Origin: Dermatophilaceae bacterium
Lineage (GTDB): Bacteria > Actinomycetota > Actinomycetes > Actinomycetales > Dermatophilaceae
Assembly: GCA_036382455.1 (NCBI GenBank)
Contig: DASVHT010000287.1
Location: 1-41,084, forward strand
Length of the DNA stretch: 41,084 bases
Direction: 5' to 3'
The notes under the pieces were generated by a model. That model saw only the letters and a list, made by a program, of their open reading frames with translations, made no database searches and was not told the DNA's origin. Both the position numbers and the translations under genes were made by a program. How positions within the stretch are numbered: the stretch's first letter is position 1; every line of letters starts with the position of its first letter. This document shows positions 35,262 to 41,084 of this stretch, piece after piece.

Positions 35262-36217
35262 GCGCCCTGGGAGGCGCGGCAGCCGCACTGCAGGTGGTGG
35301 GTGTCCTGGCCGGAGCACCCTTGGTCGTGGGCGGGATGCGCCAGGTGCGCGCCCGGCTGGAGGGTCGTACCGGGGGCGGCATCGCTCAGCCCTGGCGGGA
35401 CCTTCGCAAACAGCTTCGCAAGCAGCAGATCACCCCCAGGGGAACCACCGTGGTGTTCGCCCTGGCCCCGGCGGTCGTGGCCGGTAGCACGCTGCTGATT
35501 GCCGCGATCGTGCCGATGATCGCCCTGGGGTCTCCGTTGGACTCGGCCGCCGACCTCTTCGGCGTCGTTGGCCTGCTGTTCCTCGGAACGGTCGCCCTGA
35601 CCCTGGCCGGTCTGGACACCGGCACCGCGTTCGGCGGCATGGGGTCCAGCCGCGAGATCACCATCGCAGCCCTTGTCGAGCCCACCATCCTGCTGGCTGT
35701 CTTCGCCCTGTCCGTCCCCGGACACTCAGCCAACCTGGCTGCCATCGTCACCGGGACCACTCACAACCCCGGGCAGGTACTCACGCCTGGAAGCCTCTTG
35801 GCCTTCGTCGCGCTGATCATCGTGATCATCGCCGAGACCGGACGGCTGCCGGTGGACAACCCCACAACCCACCTCGAGCTGACGATGATTCATGAGGCGA
35901 TGGTCCTGGAGTATGCCGGCCCCAAGCTGGCACTGGTCGAGTGGGCGAGCGCCATGCGCCTCACGGTCCTGCTCGCACTCGTTGCGAACCTGTTCCTGCC
36001 CTGGGGCATTGCCGGAGCTGACCCGTCCCTGCTGACCATCGTTCTTGGTGTGGCGGCGATCACCATCAAGGTCGTTGTGCTCGCCAGCCTGCTCGCGGCC
36101 GGCGAGGTGTTCATCGCCAAGCTCCGGTTGTTCCGGGTGCCCGAGCTGCTGGCCGGCTCGTTCCTGCTCGCCCTGCTGGCGGTCACCGCGTCATACGTCC
36201 TCGCTGCGTCCAACTGA
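35258..36217 (+). CDS. NuoH/HycD/HyfC-like membrane subunit
   Basis: It has RLPVDNPTTHLELTMIHEAMVLEYAGPKLAL, a NuoH-family conserved loop. It has an ATGA overlap with the upstream stop (35258-35261). The track merges it with an out-of-gene upstream extension (34457..). Confidence 0.85.
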   Translation: MSALGGAAAALQVVGVLAGAPLVVGGMRQVRARLEGRTGGGIAQPWRDLRKQLRKQQITPRGTTVVFALAPAVVAGSTLLIAAIVPMIALGSPLDSAADLFGVVGLLFLGTVALTLAGLDTGTAFGGMGSSREITIAALVEPTILLAVFALSVPGHSANLAAIVTGTTHNPGQVLTPGSLLAFVALIIVIIAETGRLPVDNPTTHLELTMIHEAMVLEYAGPKLALVEWASAMRLTVLLALVANLFLPWGIAGADPSLLTIVLGVAAITIKVVVLASLLAAGEVFIAKLRLFRVPELLAGSFLLALLAVTASYVLAASN

Positions 36218-36273
36218 CCGCAAACCGATCAACGCCATGAACCAACGCCCTGACACGAGCAGATAGAGAGCAG

Positions 36274-36936
36274 ATGACCCAGACCACCTACACCGGCGCG
36301 CTCGATCTGGCTGCGGGAGCGTTTCTGCTGGCCGCTGTCCTGATCGTGTGGCGCCGTGAGCTCCGCGCCATCGTCCGGCTGCTCGCGTGGCAAGGCACAG
36401 CCCTGGCTGCGATCCCTCTCATCGAAGGCGTCCAACAGCGTGATGCGGCCCTCATCACGGTCGGGGTCATCGTGCTCCTCCTGAAGGCGCTCGCGCTTCC
36501 GGTCCTGCTCGGACGGGTCGTCGGGACCGAGGTTGGAGAACGCCGTGAGAGCACACCACTGGTCAACACCACCGCTTCTCTGCTGATCACCGCAGGTCTG
36601 ACGGTTCTGGCCTACGCGGTAACCCGGCCGATCATCGCCCTGGATCCCACGGCGGCAACCCGTGCGGTGCCGGCCTCGTTCGCCGTGATTCTTATTGCCA
36701 TCTTCGTCATGGTCAGCCGGCGCCGTGCCTTGTCCCAGGCCGTTGGTTTCCTGATGCTGGACAACGGGATCGCGGCCACCGCCTTCCTGATCACCGCCGG
36801 TGTCCCCCTCATCGTCGAGCTCGGCGCCTCGCTCGACGCGCTGTTCGCCGTCCTGGTCCTGGGTGTGCTCACCGGGCGCATGCGCCGCGCCTTCGGGGAC
36901 ACCGACCTCGATCAGCTACGGGAGCTGCGCGACTGA
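36274..36936 (+). CDS. HyfE/HycP-like small membrane subunit (NuoK-related)
   Basis: It is 220 aa with about 7 hydrophobic helices. Its size and position are identical to HyfE and Rv0085. Confidence 0.7.
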   Translation: MTQTTYTGALDLAAGAFLLAAVLIVWRRELRAIVRLLAWQGTALAAIPLIEGVQQRDAALITVGVIVLLLKALALPVLLGRVVGTEVGERRESTPLVNTTASLLITAGLTVLAYAVTRPIIALDPTAATRAVPASFAVILIAIFVMVSRRRALSQAVGFLMLDNGIAATAFLITAGVPLIVELGASLDALFAVLVLGVLTGRMRRAFGDTDLDQLRELRD

Positions 36937-38405
36937 TGAACATCCTGCTCCTGGCACCGATCCTCGCTCCGCTCACCGCGGCTGTGCTTGCAGCCCTGAT
37001 GGGTTGGCGGCGGCTGAGCGCCTCCGTGACCGTCCTCGCCGCACTTTCCGTGTTGATCAGTGGCGCCGCCATCGGACTCCGTGTTGGGGATGGCGCTCAG
37101 TTCGGTGTTGGGCGTCTGCTGCGCGCCGACGCGCTCAGCGTCACGATGCTCGTCGTCATCGGAACGGTGGGCACCCTGGCCACCTGGGCCAGCGTCGGCT
37201 ACATCAACGCCGAGCTCGCCCACGGGCACACCGACCGCAAAGGCGCGAACCTCTACGGCATGCTGGTGCCGGTCTTCCTGGCCGCCATGGCGCTCGCGGT
37301 CCTGGCCAACAACATCGGCGTGATGTGGGTTGCCATCGAAGCAACGACGGTGGCGACCGCGTTTCTCGTCGGGCACCGCCGGACCCGCGCCTCCCTGGAA
37401 GCCACCTGGAAGTACGTCGTCATCTGCTCCGTCGGCATCGCTCTGGCGTTCCTGGGCACGGTTCTGCTCTACTTCGCCAGCCTGCACGCCGGCGCCTCGA
37501 GCAGCAACGCCCTGGACTTCGACGTTCTCCTCACCCATGCCGCACAGCTCGACCCCGCCGTGACCCGCCTGGCCGCCGGACTGTTGCTGCTGGGCTACGG
37601 AGCCAAGGCCGGACTCGTCCCGTTCCACACCTGGCTGGCTGACGCACACAGCCAGTCCCCCGCACCGGTGTCGGCGCTGATGAGCGGGGTCCTGCTGTCG
37701 GTGGCATTCTCTGCACTTCTTCGCGTCAAGGCGGTCGTCGACCTGGCGCTCGGCACCGGGTTCCTGCGCATCGGCCTGCTCATCGTCGGGCTCCTCACCA
37801 TGCTTGTTGCCGCCTCGCTACTCGTGGTCCAGACGGATTTCAAACGGATGCTGGCCTACTCCTCGATGGAGAACATGGGCCTGGTCGCGGTCGCGGCGGC
37901 CGCAGGAACCAAGCTCGCCATTGCCGCGCTGCTGCTTCACGTGCTGGCCCACGGGATCGGAAAGGCCCTGGTGTTCCTCGCTGCGGGGCAGCTGCAGGCC
38001 GCGCACGACTCCACCGCGATCGATGACGTCACCGCGCTGCTGGCCCGATCTCGCCTGGTCGGCACGGCGTTCGCCGTGGGTCTCGTGGTCCTGCTGGGCC
38101 TGCCGCCGTTCGCCATGTTCGCCAGCGAGCTGTCCATCTCCCGCGCTCTCGCAGGCGCCCACCTCGAGTGGGCGCTCGCCGTCGCGCTCCTGCTCATGGT
38201 CATCGCCTTCGCCGCCCTCGTCCTCAACGGGGCCAGGATGCTGCTTGGCCCCCCGGACGAGAGCTCGCCGCCAATCGTGGTTCCCCGCTCCGTCGCCGGT
38301 GCGCTCATCACAGGCGTCATCCTGAGCGTGGTTCTGGGCCTGACTGCCGGCCCGTTGACGCACCTCTTCCACACCGCCGCCACTCTGCTCGGAGCCGCCG
38401 AATGA
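36936..38405 (+). CDS. NuoN/NuoM/HyfF-like antiporter-type membrane subunit
   Basis: It has GAKAGLVPFHTWLADAHSQSPAPVSALMSGVLL and LAYSSMENMG. It has a TGATG overlap with the upstream gene. Confidence 0.85.
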   Translation: MNILLLAPILAPLTAAVLAALMGWRRLSASVTVLAALSVLISGAAIGLRVGDGAQFGVGRLLRADALSVTMLVVIGTVGTLATWASVGYINAELAHGHTDRKGANLYGMLVPVFLAAMALAVLANNIGVMWVAIEATTVATAFLVGHRRTRASLEATWKYVVICSVGIALAFLGTVLLYFASLHAGASSSNALDFDVLLTHAAQLDPAVTRLAAGLLLLGYGAKAGLVPFHTWLADAHSQSPAPVSALMSGVLLSVAFSALLRVKAVVDLALGTGFLRIGLLIVGLLTMLVAASLLVVQTDFKRMLAYSSMENMGLVAVAAAAGTKLAIAALLLHVLAHGIGKALVFLAAGQLQAAHDSTAIDDVTALLARSRLVGTAFAVGLVVLLGLPPFAMFASELSISRALAGAHLEWALAVALLLMVIAFAALVLNGARMLLGPPDESSPPIVVPRSVAGALITGVILSVVLGLTAGPLTHLFHTAATLLGAAE

Positions 38406-39931
38406 CCCTCGAACCTCACATGAGCGGCGTCCCGGCCGGTGTTCACCGCACGACCCGTAACCTCGGAGCGGCCGAGCTCGCCGACGCTGCCGCGGCACTG
38501 TTTGCTGCGGGCTTCCGTCTCGGCCTGGTCGCAGCGCACGACGACGGCGCCACCCTGCGAGTGGTGTACCTCTTTCTCGCCGGCGCGCCCGACCGGCGCG
38601 TCGAGCTCCAGGTCACGCTCCCGGCGGACGACCCGCGACTACCCACGCTGGCCTCGTTGTCCTTCCCCGCCTCACGCTTCGAGCGCGAGATGCACGACCT
38701 CTTCGGGATCGTGCCCGTCAACCACCCACAGCCCCGCCGACTGGTTCGACACGCGCACTGGCCCGCAGGCTGGTACCCGATGCGCCACAACGCCGGACCC
38801 CCGCCACCCTTCACCGAGACCGAGCCCTACCCCTTCGTCGAGGTGCAGGGGGACGGTGTCTATGAGATCCCGGTGGGACCCGTCCATGCCGGCATCATCG
38901 AACCTGGACACTTCCGCCTCTCCGTCGTCGGAGAAAGCATCCTCAAGCTCAAGGCCCGGCTCTGGTTCACCCACCGTGGCGTCGAGAAGCTCTTCGAGGG
39001 CCTTGACGCCACACGCGCCATCCACCTGGCCGAACGCATCAGTGGTGACACCTCGGCCGGGCACGCTCTGGCCCACAGCCTGGCCGTCGAAGACGCACTC
39101 GGCATCACCATGCCCGAACCAGCCCAACGGCTGCGCGCCCTGGTCCTCGAGCTCGAACGCCTCTACAACCACGCCGCAGACCTCGGCTCGCTGGCCAACG
39201 ACACCGGCTTCGCGCTCGCCAACGCCCATGCGCAACGGATCCGCGAGCAGCTGCTGCGGATCAACAGCACCACCACAGGTCATCGACTGCTCCGGGGCGC
39301 CATCAGCCCCGGCTTTGTGGGGCTCCTGGCCCTGCCTGATCCGGCCCAGCTGGCACTGATCGCAGAAGACCTCGCAGAAGTCGCGGCGCTGATCCTGGCC
39401 AACACCGTTGTCCGCGACCGGTTCACCGGCACCGCCGTCCTCACCCCCGACCAGGCACAGGACCTCGGCTGCCTCGGCTATGTCGCCCGCGCCAGCGGCC
39501 TGGCGACCGACGCACGCATCGACCACCCAAGCGCCGAGCTTCTCATTACGCCTGTCACCCGGACCACTGGAGACGTCCTGGCCCGCTTCACCATCCGCGT
39601 GGAAGAGTTCGCGGCCGCAACCCAGCTCGCAGCTGACCTGATCAGTAAGGCCGACCTCCTGACCTTCCGGGATGCACGAGTGGAGCCGGCCATCGACGGG
39701 CACGGCTCCGGCGGGGCACGAAGCGGGGTCGGCATCGTCGAAGGATGGCGCGGAACCATCGTCCATCGCGTCGAGGTGGACGGTGACGGACGCCTGACCC
39801 GGGCAAAGATCGTGGACCCGTCCTGGTTCAACTGGCCAGCGCTGCCGGTCGCTCTTGCCGGCACGATCGTGCCCGACTTTCCCCTGACCAACAAGAGCTT
39901 CAACCTCTCCTATGCAGGGAACGACCTCTGA
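38402..39931 (+). CDS. NuoC-NuoD / HycE-like fused 'large subunit' lacking all [NiFe]-ligand cysteines
   Basis: The NuoC-like N-terminus reads FPASRFEREMHDLFGI. The NuoD/HycE-like core reads GPVHAGIIEPGHFRLSV...WFTHRGVEKL. At the L1 motif position it has ERISGDTSAGH instead of RxCGxCxxxH. The C-terminus is KSFNLSYAGNDL instead of DPCxxCxxR/H. There is one Cys in 509 aa. It has an ATGA overlap with the upstream gene. Confidence 0.85.
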   Translation: MTLEPHMSGVPAGVHRTTRNLGAAELADAAAALFAAGFRLGLVAAHDDGATLRVVYLFLAGAPDRRVELQVTLPADDPRLPTLASLSFPASRFEREMHDLFGIVPVNHPQPRRLVRHAHWPAGWYPMRHNAGPPPPFTETEPYPFVEVQGDGVYEIPVGPVHAGIIEPGHFRLSVVGESILKLKARLWFTHRGVEKLFEGLDATRAIHLAERISGDTSAGHALAHSLAVEDALGITMPEPAQRLRALVLELERLYNHAADLGSLANDTGFALANAHAQRIREQLLRINSTTTGHRLLRGAISPGFVGLLALPDPAQLALIAEDLAEVAALILANTVVRDRFTGTAVLTPDQAQDLGCLGYVARASGLATDARIDHPSAELLITPVTRTTGDVLARFTIRVEEFAAATQLAADLISKADLLTFRDARVEPAIDGHGSGGARSGVGIVEGWRGTIVHRVEVDGDGRLTRAKIVDPSWFNWPALPVALAGTIVPDFPLTNKSFNLSYAGNDL

Positions 39932-39939
39932 CCCTCGAC

Positions 39940-40395
39940 TCAGACGGTTGGCCCCGCACCCTCAACCGGCGTGAGGAGGAAGACCGGTATCTCCCGATCC
40001 GTCTTGACCTGATAGTCCGCATAGTCGGGGAAGGCAGCCACGCACCGCCTCCACCAGATCGCCTTCTCCTCTCCCGCGAGCTCACGGGCTGTCATGGCGC
40101 GGACGAGCGTGCCGTCCCGCACCTCCACGTGCGGATCGGCCACAAGGTTGGAGTACCAGCGGGGATTTGCGGGAGCGCCACCCTGGGAGGCCACCGCGGC
40201 ATACTCCCCGTTGTGCTCGACCCGCATCAGAGGCACCTTGCGCACCTTGCCCGACCTCACGCCGCGCGTGGTCACGATGATCACCGGCATCCCGCGCATC
40301 GTCGTGCCGGACGTGCCTCCGGATCCTTCGTAGAGCTCGACCTGGTCGCGGACCCAGCGTGCGGGGCTGGGGGCATACTCACCGTTGCTGGACAT
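39940..40395 (-). CDS. Deazaflavin (F420H2)-dependent nitroreductase/quinone reductase family protein (Ddn-like, DUF385)
   Basis: The product reads [56 protein letters not shown], the typical Ddn/PF04075 split-barrel signature. Confidence 0.8.
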   Translation of the reverse strand: MSSNGEYAPSPARWVRDQVELYEGSGGTSGTTMRGMPVIIVTTRGVRSGKVRKVPLMRVEHNGEYAAVASQGGAPANPRWYSNLVADPHVEVRDGTLVRAMTARELAGEEKAIWWRRCVAAFPDYADYQVKTDREIPVFLLTPVEGAGPTV

Positions 40396-40418
40396 GGGAC
40401 CAATTCAACACCAGGTGC

Positions 40419-41084
40419 TCAGCTGGTGACGTCCTTGGTGGAGAAGCGCGCCCAGGCAGCAAGCCAGAACACCAGCGCGTATCCGGCGGCCGTCAGCAGG
40501 CCCCGGGTCATGTCACCCCAGGCGATGGGATCGCGGAGAACATCCCCGAACGACATCCACCAATGGGTGGGCAACCACTCATGCAGCCAGGACAGCTGGG
40601 GTATCGAGTCGAGGATGAAGCTCATGACATTGAGGATGACCACCGAGATGGTGGCACCGATCGGTTGCTCGGTCAGGGTCGAGATGAACAGGCCGATCGC
40701 GCCAAGTGAGGCGAAGCACAGCGCTAGGTACAGCGTGGCCATCAGGACCCGGAGAGTGGCCTGCCCCATACCGATCTGGCTGCCCGAGAGCAACGTCATC
40801 TCGCCCCCGCCGAAGAGCGCCAACCCCGCCGCCGCGCCGACGAGCGACACCCACAAAGTGGCGACGATCGAGAAGATGACGATGGCGGCAAACTTCACCG
40901 CCAGCAGCCTCGTGCGATGCACCGGGACCGTCAGCAGATAGCGAAGCGTTCCGATGTTCGCCTCGCCGGCAACGGAGTCCCCGGCGATCGTTCCCACGGC
41001 GAGCGGCAGGAACAGCGCCATCTCGAGGGTGAGTGCGGCCAGCGCCACGAAGAGCCCGTTGGACGTGATCGAGGCGAAGAAGTC
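40419..41084 (-). CDS. ABC-2-type transporter permease; the N-terminal part runs off the right edge
   Basis: It is polytopic and hydrophobic (LFISTLTEQPIGATISVVILNVMSFILD, WLHEWLPTHWW). The frame stays open upstream of the first Met (..DFFASITSNGLFVALAALTLEM), so the gene continues beyond 41084. Confidence 0.7.
   Translation of the reverse strand, partial: DFFASITSNGLFVALAALTLEMALFLPLAVGTIAGDSVAGEANIGTLRYLLTVPVHRTRLLAVKFAAIVIFSIVATLWVSLVGAAAGLALFGGGEMTLLSGSQIGMGQATLRVLMATLYLALCFASLGAIGLFISTLTEQPIGATISVVILNVMSFILDSIPQLSWLHEWLPTHWWMSFGDVLRDPIAWGDMTRGLLTAAGYALVFWLAAWARFSTKDVTS

Noticed and set aside
34457-36217. A 586-aa track ORF that suggests a much longer NuoH/HycD-like protein.
   Set aside because: The first ~267 codons are an out-of-frame read through the 3' part of the NuoL/HyfB-like gene and give an Arg/Pro-rich nonsense product. 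The genuine start is ATG 35258, which forms an ATGA overlap with the upstream stop and gives 319 aa, the usual size.
256-39766. Many long ORFs lie antisense or out of frame to the called genes. Examples are 256..1374+, 2075..3169+, 3226..4401-, 10949..12079+, 11974..13215+, 15178..16467-, 17200..18282+, 24540..25640+, 27569..28654+, 28011..28994-, 28594..29757-, 31085..32206-, 33144..34055- and 38672..39766-.
   Set aside because: These are typical high-GC shadow ORFs. Their products are Arg/Pro/Gly/Ala-rich with no recognisable motifs. Each fully overlaps a gene on the other strand or frame that has clear family signatures.
32779-39931. A straightforward annotation of the operon as formate hydrogenlyase / hydrogenase-4.
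   Set aside because: The large subunit has one Cys and lacks both NiFe-ligand motifs. No formate dehydrogenase, HycB/HycF ferredoxin subunits, hyp genes or maturation protease are present in the window.
1-41084. A search by eye for tRNA/rRNA genes, CRISPR arrays, transposases, integrases, phage genes and toxin-antitoxin pairs.
   Set aside because: None was found. Intergenic spacers are short (mostly under 240 bp) and are explained by promoters, terminators and the small repeats listed. The only mobile-looking unit is the DUF559 cassette, which is reported separately.

Overview
This is a high-GC actinobacterial (Actinomycetota) chromosomal window. It is almost fully coding, with about 40 genes and no rRNA, tRNA, CRISPR array or classical IS element detected by eye. 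Gene order follows several conserved mycobacterial-type synteny blocks.

(1) 1-20273: uvrD2, mycoredoxin, nudC, a kinase-like phosphotransferase, adnB-adnA, cspA, an alkyltransferase-like protein, moeZ, TetR, DUF3107, a ferritin-like protein, a DEAD-box helicase, an orphan ParA, a Cas4-like nuclease, MarC and a PHP phosphoesterase. This resembles M. tuberculosis Rv3198c-Rv3213c.

(2) 20297-28561: a dispersed maoC / acyl-CoA dehydrogenase / citE set (Rv2498c-2500c-like). It is interrupted by a DUF559 endonuclease cassette, aminopeptidase P, a stress membrane protein, a RIO-type kinase and a Tat lipoprotein esterase.

(3) 29176-32191: an MgtE-N/CBS protein, DUF1003 and Mrp (Rv1232c-Rv1229c-like).

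(4) 32388-39931: an ArsR-family regulator followed by a translationally coupled six-gene complex-I / group-4-hydrogenase-like membrane module (Rv0081-Rv0087-like). It is followed by a convergent Ddn-like F420 enzyme and a partial ABC-2 permease.

The most interesting signal is block (4). The hydrogenase 'large subunit' has one cysteine in total and lacks both [NiFe]-ligand motifs, while the NuoB-like subunit keeps its Fe-S cysteines. This makes it an Ehr-type complex with unknown substrate and electron partner.

Other notable items:
- A DUF559/AbiEi-like gene is bracketed by 56-bp hairpin-containing direct repeats.
- Two single-base frameshifts disrupt MarC and the acyl-CoA dehydrogenase.
- A 65-bp tandem duplication copies the adnB 3' end.
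- A ~19-bp iteron-like array and an AT-rich palindromic operator lie upstream of the ArsR gene.

All functional calls come from motif recognition by eye. No database search was run.
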